Part shown: positions 28,766 to 38,385 of the stretch, piece by piece
Numbering within the stretch: the first letter of the stretch is position 1
Layout: each line of letters opens with the position of its first letter
DNA from: Acidobacteriota bacterium
GTDB taxonomy: Bacteria > Acidobacteriota > UBA6911 > RPQK01 > JADFOI01
NCBI GenBank assembly: GCA_963663035.1
Contig: OY760074.1
Span: 2,426,967 to 2,490,966, forward strand
Direction of reading: 5' to 3'
DNA: 64,000 nt
The notes under the pieces: generated by a model
Databases searched by the model: none
What the model was told of the DNA's origin: nothing
What the model saw: only the letters and a program-made list of their open reading frames with translations
Position numbers and translations under genes: made by a program

Positions 28766-29880
28766 GGTTGAGTCTCAGAACCAACCATGGCGCCTTCTAA
28801 TGCAGCCACAACCTCCTGCACCTGTTGGTCGGACATCTCCGGGTAGACTGGGATGGCCAGGGTTTCGCGACTCATTTGTTCTGTAACCGCGAGATCACCC
28901 TCCTTTAATCCGAGAAACTGGCAGGGCTTGGTCAAGTGCAGGGGTTGGGGATAGTAGATAGCAGAGCCAATCCCTTTCTCTCTCAGAATTTGGATAACCT
29001 CGTCACGCTGCCTCAGTCGCACCACAAAAAGATGAAAAACGTGCTTGACCGAGCTGGCTTCATAAGGCACCCCTATGCCGAGATCAGAAAGTTGTTCCTT
29101 ATATTGGGCCGCCACCTCACGACGACGTTGGTTCCAGACATCAAGGTAGTTCAACTTTACCCTGAGGATTGCCGCCTGTAGCTCATCCAGACGACTGTTG
29201 TGCCCTGTCGTCTCGGGGAAGTACTTTTCCCGCCACCCGTGGGTTCGCAGCATTCGCGCCCGCTCGTAAGTTTCAGCGTCGTTGGTGACCACCATTCCCC
29301 CATCGCCATAGGCTCCCAGGTTCTTGCTTGGAAAGAAACTCAAACATCCTGCATCGCCCAGGCTTCCGGTTTTTCTGCCATCGTACTCGGCTCCCATGGC
29401 CTGGGCATTGTCCTCAATGACTTTTAAGCCGTGAGTCCCAGCCAATTCCAATAGGGGGCCCATAGAGGCTGGATGCCCATACATATGGACTGGAATGACG
29501 GCCTTGGTACTGGGTGTCAGCTGCTCTGTGACCTGCTGCACATCAAGACAGTAGGTGTCGGGTTCGATATCGACGAATACGGGTCTCGCACCCACCTGCA
29601 GAACCGCTTCAGCCGTAGCAAAGAAGGTATAGCTGGGCACAATCACCTCATCGCCAGCACCGATGCCTAGACTCTCCAAGGCGATGATCAGGGCGTCAGT
29701 GCCCGATGCCACCCCGATAGCATGTTTGACCCCCAGGTAGGCCGCCACTTCCTGTTCCAACTCTTGAACATTGGGACCAAGCACAAAGTGTCCCGACTCC
29801 AAGACCTGTTGAATCGCACCGTCAATTTCCGACTGAATTGCTCGATACTGAGCTTTTAAGTCAACCAGCGGTATTGTCAT
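28762..29880 (-). CDS. DegT/DnrJ/EryC1 family PLP-dependent sugar aminotransferase
   Basis: MTIPLVDLKAQY...HFVLGPNVQELEQEVAAYLGVKHAIGVASGTDAL. Start taken at the ATG at 29880. Confidence 0.85.
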   Translation of the reverse strand: MTIPLVDLKAQYRAIQSEIDGAIQQVLESGHFVLGPNVQELEQEVAAYLGVKHAIGVASGTDALIIALESLGIGAGDEVIVPSYTFFATAEAVLQVGARPVFVDIEPDTYCLDVQQVTEQLTPSTKAVIPVHMYGHPASMGPLLELAGTHGLKVIEDNAQAMGAEYDGRKTGSLGDAGCLSFFPSKNLGAYGDGGMVVTNDAETYERARMLRTHGWREKYFPETTGHNSRLDELQAAILRVKLNYLDVWNQRRREVAAQYKEQLSDLGIGVPYEASSVKHVFHLFVVRLRQRDEVIQILREKGIGSAIYYPQPLHLTKPCQFLGLKEGDLAVTEQMSRETLAIPVYPEMSDQQVQEVVAALEGAMVGSETQP

Positions 29881-30469
29881 GATCCGTCTCACTCGGACTT
29901 ACCTTGGGTCCTTCCTTTGAATAGCGGGTGCCGCAGCTGCCACATTCTGCCACCTTCTGGTCATCTTCCGGCCCAAAAATCAACTTTGTCCCACACTGAC
30001 AGACCCAGCCCCGAAGCCTTCCGGGATTCCCATAGACGAGGGCATAATCCGGGATGTCCTTGGTGATGACCGCACCAGCCCCCACAAAGGAGTAGCGCCC
30101 CACCATCATTCCACAAACAATGGTGGCGTTCGCTCCAATTGAGGCCCCTCGCTTGACCAGTGTTTGCTGATATTCATTTCTTCGAGAAACATGGCTGCGT
30201 GGATTCACCACGTTGGTGAACACCATCGAAGGACCCAGAAAGGCATAATCTTCTACGGTAACGCCCGTATAAACAGAAACGTTGTTTTGGATTTTGACAT
30301 GGTCACCAATGACCACATCAGAACCGATAAATACGTTTTGGCCGATATTGCAATCGTCCCCAACCTTGGCCCCTGCCATCAGGTGAGAGAAGTGCCAAAT
30401 CTTCGTTCCCGTGCCGACCTCTGCTCCCTCATCTACAAAACTGGATTCATGAGCGAAATAGTCTGTCAT
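29861..30469 (-). CDS. Hexapeptide-repeat sugar N-acetyltransferase (WbpD/PglD-like) with a C-terminal Cys4 zinc ribbon
   Basis: Left-handed beta-helix repeats, ending CQCGTKLIFGPEDDQKVAECGSCGTRY. Confidence 0.75.
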   Translation of the reverse strand: MTDYFAHESSFVDEGAEVGTGTKIWHFSHLMAGAKVGDDCNIGQNVFIGSDVVIGDHVKIQNNVSVYTGVTVEDYAFLGPSMVFTNVVNPRSHVSRRNEYQQTLVKRGASIGANATIVCGMMVGRYSFVGAGAVITKDIPDYALVYGNPGRLRGWVCQCGTKLIFGPEDDQKVAECGSCGTRYSKEGPKVSPSETDHDNTAG

Positions 30470-31476
30470 TTCGCTTCAGCCTCCGCTAGCTCGGACAGCG
30501 ACACCGGCAGACTGCCTGTCTCCAAGGACCTTTGGCTTGCCTCCAGGACCTTGAGCACCCTCAAGGCACTTTCACCGTCGGTCAACGGAGACGTGTGCTC
30601 GCGAATGCAGGTCAGAAAGTGCTCGCACTCGAGCCGCAGTGGTTCCGTCTCATCGAAAAACAAGGTTGTTTCCGCAGTCTGGCGGGGAACCGGAAGTCCA
30701 GCTTCCCACTCGATTCCCTGGTCATAAATCTTGAGTTTGCCCTCGCGAGCTGTGTCATCGAACACCGCCATTTTCTTCTCACCAATGACAACCAGTTTTT
30801 GTTCCTTGTAGGGGTGGAGCCAACTGACAAAAATGTGTGCTCTCACCCCATTTTCGAAAAACAGGCTGGTCACCGTCACATCCACAATGCCCGGCTGCAG
30901 GTAGCTTCCACCAGAAGCGGTCACCTCATTGGGCTCGGACTCTAATAGCTCGCAAATCACCGAGATATCGTGAGGGGCAAAGCTCCACAAGATATTTTCT
31001 TCCTGTCGAACCTTCCCAAGATTGAGTCGACTTGAATAGATGTACCAGATTCTACCCAACTCATTCTTCTGCACGATGTCTTGGAGCAACCTTACCGCTG
31101 GGTGGTAGTTGAGAATGTGACCCACCATGAGCAACACGCCACGGTCCTTGGCCAAGGTCACGAGTTCCCGTCCCTGCTCATACTTGAGCGCCAGCGGCTT
31201 CTCGACAAAAACGTTCTTGCCCCTCAGGACTGCTTCCTTGACATGTTCGTAGTGGGATTCAGCTGGTGTGGCAATTGCCACCGCCTGAATGCTGTCTTCA
31301 GTAAGTACTTCTTCCAAACGGGAGGTTCGGCGAATGTTGGGGTACTCCTCAGAGTAAGCCTGCAGGAGCTCGTCGTTGCTGTCACAAATGCAGCCCAGTG
31401 CTCCCAGCTGGGCAAAATTGCGCACCAGGTTTTTACCCCAGTAGCCACAACCGACAACAGCTAAGCTCTGGTCCAT
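30466..31476 (-). CDS. Gfo/Idh/MocA family NAD-dependent UDP-sugar oxidoreductase (WbpB-like)
   Basis: N-terminal Rossmann motif LAVVGCGYWGKNLVRN. First gene of the minus-strand cassette. Confidence 0.8.
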   Translation of the reverse strand: MDQSLAVVGCGYWGKNLVRNFAQLGALGCICDSNDELLQAYSEEYPNIRRTSRLEEVLTEDSIQAVAIATPAESHYEHVKEAVLRGKNVFVEKPLALKYEQGRELVTLAKDRGVLLMVGHILNYHPAVRLLQDIVQKNELGRIWYIYSSRLNLGKVRQEENILWSFAPHDISVICELLESEPNEVTASGGSYLQPGIVDVTVTSLFFENGVRAHIFVSWLHPYKEQKLVVIGEKKMAVFDDTAREGKLKIYDQGIEWEAGLPVPRQTAETTLFFDETEPLRLECEHFLTCIREHTSPLTDGESALRVLKVLEASQRSLETGSLPVSLSELAEAEAK

Positions 31477-31518
31477 TTACCCATTCCCCAATCTCAATTT
31501 CGGCCAAGTACCCACAGG

Positions 31519-31594
31519 ACTTCGTAGAGTCACCCTATAATATAAAATTAGAGTGGCATAGAGAGTGGCATAACTCGTTGCTTGTCATGAAAGG
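31519..31594 (+). promoter_or_regulatory. Conserved promoter/leader element, copy A: ACTTCGTAGAGTCACCCTATAATATAAAA...TCGTTGCTTGTCATGAAAGG
   Basis: Highly similar to 36344-36407. It contains a perfect TATAAT and lies immediately 5' of the plus-strand cassette. Confidence 0.4.
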
Positions 31595-32683
31595 ATGCAT
31601 TTGACAGTTCACTTGGAGACTGTGAATAGGGCGCTGAGAATAGGGATGATCGGAGTGGGTTTCTGGGGTCCGAAACTTCTTCGAAACCTTGTTGAGATGA
31701 ACGAAGCGGATGTTGTGGCCGTGGCGGATCTGGCTGAAACAAATAGAAGAAAGGTCGGACAAACGTATCCCAGCCTGAGGGTCATTGAAAACCACAGAGA
31801 GATTTTGGAGAACCCTGACATCGAGGCAGTCGTCATCGCCACCCCTGCGGCGACCCACTTTGATCTGGTCCAGGAGGCTCTGAAGGCGGGTAAACATGTT
31901 TTGGTAGAGAAACCGCTTTGCACCAGCACCGATGAGGCGTTGCAATTGACGCAAATGGCCTCCCAACGAGGTGTGATTCTCATGGTGGGTCACACCTTTC
32001 TCTACAACGCCGCAGTCCGAAAGGCGAAGGAATATATCGATAGTCGTGAACTGGGCAGTGTTCTCTATCTTTACGGTAGGAGAGTGAATCTGGGGAAAGT
32101 TCGACAGGATGTGAACTCACTGTGGAATTTTGCACCCCACGACATTTCCATAGTGAACTACTTGTTGAGTTCCGTTCCCGAGTCGGTCCAGGCCTTCGGA
32201 GCGTGCTACATTCAGAAGGACATTGAAGACGTCGTTTTCCTCAACATGCGCTACCCAGATGGGGTGATCTGCTCCCTGCACTTGAGTTGATTGGATCCCA
32301 AAAAGGTTCGGCGGATGACGATTGTCGGAACCGAAAAAATGCTGATCTACAACGACGTTTCAAGCGACCAGAAAATACAACTCATTGACAAAGGCGTTGA
32401 AATCAAGGGTCGGGAGCCCGGCAATGACGAGATGGTGAATTTTGGTGAATATCAGGTACTGCTCCGTTCCGGCGACGTTTTGATCCCCAAGGTGAATTTT
32501 ATTGAGCCCTTGCGAGTAGAGTGCACCCATTTTGTGGAGTGCTGTTTCAAAGGAGATACCCCTTTGACCGATGGGTTGAACGGTCTCCAGGTGGTTGCCG
32601 TTCTGGAAGCCGCCTCCCGTTCACTGCAAAACTCAGGCTCTGAGGTGGAAGTCGATTATCTTGAAGCCAGGGCAGAAGCTTGA
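31595..32683 (+). pseudogene. Gfo/Idh/MocA oxidoreductase paralogue interrupted by an in-frame TGA (32288-32290) at a conserved Trp codon
   Basis: ORFs 31595..32290 and 32291..32683 are in the same frame. HLS*LDPKKV aligns with FVSWLHPYKE of the paralogue at 30466..31476. Confidence 0.7.
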
Positions 32684-33738
32684 AGGTCCTTTCTGTTCTG
32701 GGCACCCGGCCCAATTTCGTGAAGGAGTTTCTGGTACATCGGGAATTCCAGAGAAGGGAAATCAAGGAAATCATCGTTCATACTGGACAACACTATGATT
32801 ACGAAATGTCTCGAGTGTTTTTTAATACTTTCGATCTTCCCGATCCTCACTACCATTTCGAGATTGGAGCCAGAAGCAGTGTGGCCTCAACTGCAGAAAC
32901 GATGCTGAGCCTCGAGGATGTGCTGCACAAGGAAAAGCCGAACGCCGTTCTTTCCTATGGAGATGTCAATTCGACTACCGCAGCCGCCATAGCCGCCGTA
33001 AAGACCAAGATCCCGTTCGTGCACGTTGAAGGAGGAATTCGGACACCTTTTCTGTACAATCCGGAGGAGATCAATCGTCGGCTTTCCGATTGTGTGGCCG
33101 ATTTGATTTTCACGTGTACTCGTACCGACACGGAAAATCTCTGCCGGGAAAACGTTCCCAGGGAGCGGATCTGCTTTTCGGGAGATTTGATGAAAGATGC
33201 ATTGCTGTACACACTGGAGACACAATCCATTCCCGTCAAGAGAGGCGACTATGTGGTGGCAACGATTCACCGTGAAGAAAACGCTGACAATCCGCAGCGA
33301 CTTCGAGAGATTATGCATGGCCTGGTTCAGAGCGAACAGATCATCCACTTTCCTGTACATCCTCGAACCAGAAAACGCTTGGAAAAGTTCGGGATTCTGG
33401 AAGAGGTGAAGAGCTGCGACCGGATTCGGATGACAGAGCCCACAGGATATCTTGAATTTATACGTCTCCTGGCAGGTGCTGACAAGGTCGTGACTGATTC
33501 GGGCGGAGTGCGAAGAGAGGCTTTTCTTTTGAGAAAACCGGTGATTATTCCAGTTGAGCTGGTGTGGTTTCCGGAAATTCTGGAAGCGGGTTGGAAGATC
33601 CATGTTCCACCCAAGGCTTCAGAAGTGGCTGAGGCTATCCGGGAGTTTGAGCCCACAGGACCGCACAACCCCGAGATCTTCGGTAACGGGGAGTCGGCGC
33701 GAAAGATCGTCGACAACATCGTAGAGCATTATCAATAG
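32680..33738 (+). CDS. UDP-N-acetylglucosamine 2-epimerase-like (WecB/WbpI family), second copy
   Basis: MKVLSVLGTRPNFVKEF...FVHVEGGIRT. A TTG start overlaps the preceding TGA. Confidence 0.8.
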   Translation: MKVLSVLGTRPNFVKEFLVHREFQRREIKEIIVHTGQHYDYEMSRVFFNTFDLPDPHYHFEIGARSSVASTAETMLSLEDVLHKEKPNAVLSYGDVNSTTAAAIAAVKTKIPFVHVEGGIRTPFLYNPEEINRRLSDCVADLIFTCTRTDTENLCRENVPRERICFSGDLMKDALLYTLETQSIPVKRGDYVVATIHREENADNPQRLREIMHGLVQSEQIIHFPVHPRTRKRLEKFGILEEVKSCDRIRMTEPTGYLEFIRLLAGADKVVTDSGGVRREAFLLRKPVIIPVELVWFPEILEAGWKIHVPPKASEVAEAIREFEPTGPHNPEIFGNGESARKIVDNIVEHYQ

Positions 33739-33780
33739 TGAAACCGGGCCTTCACGTCGTCGATGAGATGAAACAGTTTC

Positions 33781-34353
33781 ATGCCGATGAACTACTTCAA
33801 ACATCCGAAGGCACTCGTTGAGACCAACGAAATCGGAGCGGACACCCGAGTGTGGGCTTTTGCCCACATCATGAAGGGTGCTCGGGTGGGCAGCGGATGC
33901 AACATCTGCGAGCAGGTATTCATCGAAAGCGGTGCGATCGTTGGGAATCTGGTCACGGTCAAGAATGGCGTCAGCCTTTGGGACAAGATAACTATAGAAG
34001 ACCGGGTTTTTATCGGGCCCAATGCTGCTTTTACCAATGACATGTGGCCTAGAAGCAGAGCCGGTGGGGATTTGCTTCCGACGCTGATTCGCTACGGTGC
34101 AACGATCGGAGCCAATGCGACCTTCCTGTGCGGAATCATCATCGGAAAGTTTGCATTCATCGGAGCCGGTTCGGTCGTTACCCGGGATGTACCGGACTAC
34201 ACCCTCGTTTTGGGAAATCCGGCCAGAAAAGGGGGCTATGTGTGCGAATGTTCCAGGAAGCTCATCCAGGAGGATCCCAACTCTTACCGGTGCCAGCGGT
34301 GTTCGAAAGCGTATCTGGCGACCGCGGAAGGAATCCTGACACCGAATGACTGA
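33781..34353 (+). CDS. Hexapeptide-repeat sugar N-acetyltransferase with a C-terminal Cys4 zinc ribbon, second copy
   Basis: A paralogue of 29861..30469, ending CECSRKLIQEDPNSYRCQRCSKAY. Confidence 0.75.
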   Translation: MPMNYFKHPKALVETNEIGADTRVWAFAHIMKGARVGSGCNICEQVFIESGAIVGNLVTVKNGVSLWDKITIEDRVFIGPNAAFTNDMWPRSRAGGDLLPTLIRYGATIGANATFLCGIIIGKFAFIGAGSVVTRDVPDYTLVLGNPARKGGYVCECSRKLIQEDPNSYRCQRCSKAYLATAEGILTPND

Positions 34354-34370
34354 GAGCGTGTTGCTCACTG

Positions 34371-34445
34371 GAATGTGGGAGCCGCCTCAGTGCGGCGAAT
34401 GGGCCTCTTCGCGGCCTGAGGCCGCTCCCACATTCTCCCAACCGC
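34371..34445. terminator. Long nested hairpin between convergent genes: a 20-bp stem with one mismatch enclosing an inner 8-bp stem
   Basis: gaatgtgggagccgcctcag ... ctgaggccgctcccacattc. Confidence 0.5.
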
Positions 34446-34462
34446 AAGGACAGGAAGGCGGG

Positions 34463-36316
34463 CTAGCGCTTCGCATACACCTGAACTTTGCCGAAGTTCA
34501 TCATCTGGGTAAAGCCGAAACTCCCATCCCTCAAACCCCGATAATATTGCAGATGTTCTCTGTACTGGGCCTCACCGGCGCCAAACTGGCTGGCTTTGGT
34601 GGGATCTACGAACCTTTGTGATATCTCTTCACTCACAATGACAACGTCCGGTGCGAAAATCTCGAGGTCTTCACTCGTCCCTGCGAAAGTCAGTTGAGCC
34701 TCCGCGAAGGCGGGCGGTACATAGCTGTAGCTGTCGTACAGCACTCGAGAATCCGCCTCGAAGGTCTCGGCCAGCCACAGACCGGCCCTCACCGCGGGGC
34801 TCTTCTCCACACGCAATCTCTCTGTAGCTCGAAACTCTTGAACTCTTGTGATGGAGCTAGCAAAATCTGCGGCACCCAGCACGAGAAAGAGCACGAGGAC
34901 AGGAACGGCGAACTTGCGAGAGACGGCGTCGAGAGACGCTCGTGCGAGTTGAGCCAGGAACTGTCCAGCGAGGATGATCAGGACTGGAAACACCGGCAAG
35001 AGATAACGAGGCTCCATCATGCGAACTCGCATCACCAGGAAGCCCAGGTACAAGAGGACCCAAAGCCAAAGAATCACCTCGGGTCGGATGACTGGCCCAG
35101 CCAAGCGCTGACCGATCGACAGATGCTGGGCCTCTTTAGTGGCCAGGTCGTGGAAGAGATAAAGAAGACCCACTGCAGCCATTGCGGCAAATGTAACCCC
35201 CAGCAAATCCTGTGAGACGAGCAGCGACAGCCATCCTTGCACGCCTCCCTCACCCCGAAAATAATGGCCGAAGGCCACATGCCTGGATTGGGAAATCATG
35301 CCGTAGAGGAAGTTGAGTTTCCAAAGCGAGAAGGGTGAGCCAATGACGAAGGCTGTGATAAAGGCAGCCACCGAAATACCAACTTGCGACAGTGTTCTTG
35401 CTAGAAAATCACTTCTGGCCAGGAGCCTCCAGGGCCAGCGCAGGATGCCGAGAACAATGAGGACACATCCTGTAGCACCCAGCAAAATCCTGAACTCCCT
35501 GATTACCGGCAAGTTGCTGCTCTCTACAGCACCATCGGAAGTCAATAAGCGAGCCACAAGTTCAACCCGCATCACCAATCCCAGCGAAACGCTCCCAATT
35601 CCCGCCGCCAGAGTTAGACCACGGGCCCATTTTCTGACCAGCAGGGCAGCGCTCCGAAATGGGCCCACCTCATCGCGGCCTGCGTTCCCCCCAACCGCCA
35701 CAAGCCAGATGACTGGGAGCAGAAAGAGGCCTGAGTACTTGCAGGCAAAAGCCAATCCAGCGGAAGCGGAGGCAAGAACAAGAGACTCCCGGCTTTTGTC
35801 GCCGCCTAGCCTGCAACAGAAATACAGCCCAAGCATGAGGAAGAACAGTTGAGGAACGTCTGGGTGAGCATAAACCGACCATTCGATAAAATTCAACGAG
35901 ATCCCACAGAGCAGGCAGGCCGACACCCAACCGACAAGACGACCGAAGTATCTGCGGGCTAGAAAGAAAGTGCAGAGAACCGTGGCTGCACCAGCCACTG
36001 CCGATACCAGGCGTAAACTGATGATAATCGACTGATCGGTCACTGGAGTGAGGAAGCTCATCAAGAACAGAGGAATGAGAGCGAGGTTGAATTGTAGATG
36101 CCCATACTGCGAGTAGTCGATTCGCAGGGTCCCCTGGGACAGCGCCTGACGCAAAAGCTCCAATTGGGTGGGTTCATCTGAGTTGAAAACAGAGACCAGG
36201 CGAATATTCTCGGATGCGGTGGGGATCATGGCCGTCGCGAGCCACACGAAGTAGCAGCCCGTCAAGACCGCAACGCATATTCCCTCGAGGTTTCTGTTCA
36301 TTGGAATCTCCGGCAT
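34463..36316 (-). CDS. Large polytopic membrane protein, putative GT-C fold glycosyltransferase (ArnT/PMT-like) with a C-terminal periplasmic domain
   Basis: 617 aa with more than 10 predicted TM helices, an early DEP motif (VFNSDEPTQLELL) and a soluble C-terminal domain of about 150 aa. The family assignment is tentative. Confidence 0.45.
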   Translation of the reverse strand: MPEIPMNRNLEGICVAVLTGCYFVWLATAMIPTASENIRLVSVFNSDEPTQLELLRQALSQGTLRIDYSQYGHLQFNLALIPLFLMSFLTPVTDQSIIISLRLVSAVAGAATVLCTFFLARRYFGRLVGWVSACLLCGISLNFIEWSVYAHPDVPQLFFLMLGLYFCCRLGGDKSRESLVLASASAGLAFACKYSGLFLLPVIWLVAVGGNAGRDEVGPFRSAALLVRKWARGLTLAAGIGSVSLGLVMRVELVARLLTSDGAVESSNLPVIREFRILLGATGCVLIVLGILRWPWRLLARSDFLARTLSQVGISVAAFITAFVIGSPFSLWKLNFLYGMISQSRHVAFGHYFRGEGGVQGWLSLLVSQDLLGVTFAAMAAVGLLYLFHDLATKEAQHLSIGQRLAGPVIRPEVILWLWVLLYLGFLVMRVRMMEPRYLLPVFPVLIILAGQFLAQLARASLDAVSRKFAVPVLVLFLVLGAADFASSITRVQEFRATERLRVEKSPAVRAGLWLAETFEADSRVLYDSYSYVPPAFAEAQLTFAGTSEDLEIFAPDVVIVSEEISQRFVDPTKASQFGAGEAQYREHLQYYRGLRDGSFGFTQMMNFGKVQVYAKR

Positions 36317-36343
36317 CCCTGGTAACTGCCGCTTCTACACAGA

Positions 36344-36407
36344 ACTTCGTGGAGTCAACCTATAATATAAAAGAAGAATGGCGTTAATCGTTGCTTGTAC
36401 TGAAAAG
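36344..36407 (+). promoter_or_regulatory. Conserved promoter/leader element, copy B: ACTTCGTGGAGTCAACCTATAATATAAAA...TCGTTGCTTGTACTGAAAAG
   Basis: Aligns with copy A at 31519. Immediately 5' of the methyltransferase operon. Confidence 0.4.
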
Positions 36408-37165
36408 TGATCATGACCCGGTCTGACGACCCTTCAATTCGCACTTTTTATGATCGCTGGTATGAAGCGCGATCTGAGGGGAAAGACATTGATCGTCTCT
36501 GTCGCATTCGTGTCATCCGGAATTTCCTGCGTGCGCTTTCCCTTGGAGATAGTAACATCCTGGAGCTTGGATGCGGCCAAGGGTGGCTGGCAAACGTGCT
36601 CTCGCAGTACGGTCGGGTGACGGCGGTTGACTTGTCAGCCGAGGCAATTCTCGCAGCCAAATCAGCCTACCCTCACATTGAGTTCCGTGCCGGTAGTTTC
36701 CTTGAGATGACCGACCTGCCAAGAGACTGCGATCTGATCGTCTCGTCAGAGGTGGTTGAGCATATGGTCGCCGAAGAGCAGATTCGATTCCTGGCTCTCA
36801 TCAGCGATCACCTTCGCCCGGGAGGATCAGTGATCTTGACCACGCAGAACCGAGAAGTAGCAGGAAGATTTCTGGAGAGTGGCGATCCGGATGCGCCAGA
36901 TCATCTCCAACCGATCGAGCAGTGGCTTTCGATTGAAGAGCTTCGTGCCATGCTCGAGCCAATGTTTGAGATCCTGAAGATGAAAACGGTCCTCTTCTTT
37001 CATCCATTCTTGCGCCGGCATCGGACGCTCAACTGGCTAAGGTATGTGGCGTATTGCCGGCTCGGCCTCTTGCCTGTGATTGAAGGCAGTCTCGATGGAG
37101 GGCCAGGAGGGATGTACATGTGTTGTCTGGCGAGGAAAGCGGCACACCAGGGACGCTGTGGATAG
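36407..37165 (+). CDS. Class I SAM-dependent methyltransferase
   Basis: ILELGCGQGWLANVL (motif I) and LRPGGSVILTTQN. Confidence 0.75.
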   Translation: MIMTRSDDPSIRTFYDRWYEARSEGKDIDRLCRIRVIRNFLRALSLGDSNILELGCGQGWLANVLSQYGRVTAVDLSAEAILAAKSAYPHIEFRAGSFLEMTDLPRDCDLIVSSEVVEHMVAEEQIRFLALISDHLRPGGSVILTTQNREVAGRFLESGDPDAPDHLQPIEQWLSIEELRAMLEPMFEILKMKTVLFFHPFLRRHRTLNWLRYVAYCRLGLLPVIEGSLDGGPGGMYMCCLARKAAHQGRCG

Positions 37166-37242
37166 TGGCTATGCCGACAGGACGCATCAGGAAGAATCCC
37201 TAGGATCACAAGGGCTCACACAACTCTGGTAACTACCGCCGC

Positions 37243-38385
37243 TTGGCGACGACCTACCAACGAGCATTCTACATAGTTTTGTATAGTAGTGGCATGGGTT
37301 TCGAGGTTCTGACTGGGCTGTTTTGCGGACATCGAATTGGACCCCAGCAGATGGGCCAGCACCGTCTGCCTGTTCGAATGTGGGTCGGACTTTCACGAGC
37401 CGTGTCAGGATTTCTGCTCAGGCATCGTTTTCGAGGGCGAGGGCGGCTCCTGAGCCTGGCGACGCGATGGCTGATGCCAAAACCTGCAGGGCCGACGATC
37501 GTGCCGGTTCTCGGGGACCTGCTCATGTGGGTGGACCCTGCGGACGGCGGGTTAGAGCAATCCCTGTATTATTTTGGGGCCTACGAAGCGGGCACCCTTC
37601 ACGTGATGGCGAGGTGTTTGCACCCCGGTGACACGTTTTTGGACATAGGCGCCAACATCGGCTTAATGACCTTGACGGCCTCTCGGGCGGTGGGCGGCAC
37701 GGGACAGGTGCACGCCTTTGAGCCCCTTCCCGAGACTCGCGCGATACTGGAACGCAACCTGGTGCTCAATCACACGCAGGGCGTCGTGGTCCATGGGACA
37801 GCCCTGGGGGCGAGGGCGCGGAGACGCACACTCTATTCTCCTGAAGGCACAAACCGGGGAATGGCTACGCTCCTTCCGCCGGCCACGGCACGCTCGTCAG
37901 TCGACGTGGAAGTGCTGCCTCTCGATGAGATTCTACAGGCACAGGGATTGATTAACGTGCGTATGATGAAAATCGATGTGGAGGGCTGGGAACTGGAAGT
38001 GCTCAAAGGGGCCACCACCTTCCTTGGGCAAGAGAATCCGCCGATCCTTTGCATTGAATACAGCGCCATGCGTCCAGTGCAAGGTGGCACGCTCCTGGAT
38101 CTGGCCCGCTGGCTTACCCGCATCAACAGCTATCGCCTTTATCGGCTGGATCTTGGCAAGAACCATCTGGGGCTGCTGAAGCTCGTTGGGTCCGAACAGG
38201 AGCTGCCGTATCATGACAATCTTTTTTGTGTGACCGACCAACAACGGACTACGCTACCGGCCTCGCTTTTTGCAGACCGTACAGCTCGGTTAACGGGTTC
38301 CCGCAACGAGTCAAGGTCACAGGGTATCCTTTCCCAAAGGGACTGTCCCCTCCCTGTCAAGAAAGAGGACTATTGCCGCGCATGA
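37243..38385 (+). CDS. FkbM family methyltransferase
   Basis: FLDIGANIGLMTL...QVHAFEPLPET...MMKIDVEGWELEVLKGA. The true start probably lies downstream of 37243. Confidence 0.7.
   Translation: MATTYQRAFYIVLYSSGMGFEVLTGLFCGHRIGPQQMGQHRLPVRMWVGLSRAVSGFLLRHRFRGRGRLLSLATRWLMPKPAGPTIVPVLGDLLMWVDPADGGLEQSLYYFGAYEAGTLHVMARCLHPGDTFLDIGANIGLMTLTASRAVGGTGQVHAFEPLPETRAILERNLVLNHTQGVVVHGTALGARARRRTLYSPEGTNRGMATLLPPATARSSVDVEVLPLDEILQAQGLINVRMMKIDVEGWELEVLKGATTFLGQENPPILCIEYSAMRPVQGGTLLDLARWLTRINSYRLYRLDLGKNHLGLLKLVGSEQELPYHDNLFCVTDQQRTTLPASLFADRTARLTGSRNESRSQGILSQRDCPLPVKKEDYCRA

Noticed and set aside
31535-31993. Antisense ORFs 31535..31993 and 31609..31983 opposite the plus-strand oxidoreductase
   Set aside because: They are entirely antisense to a gene with clear homology support.
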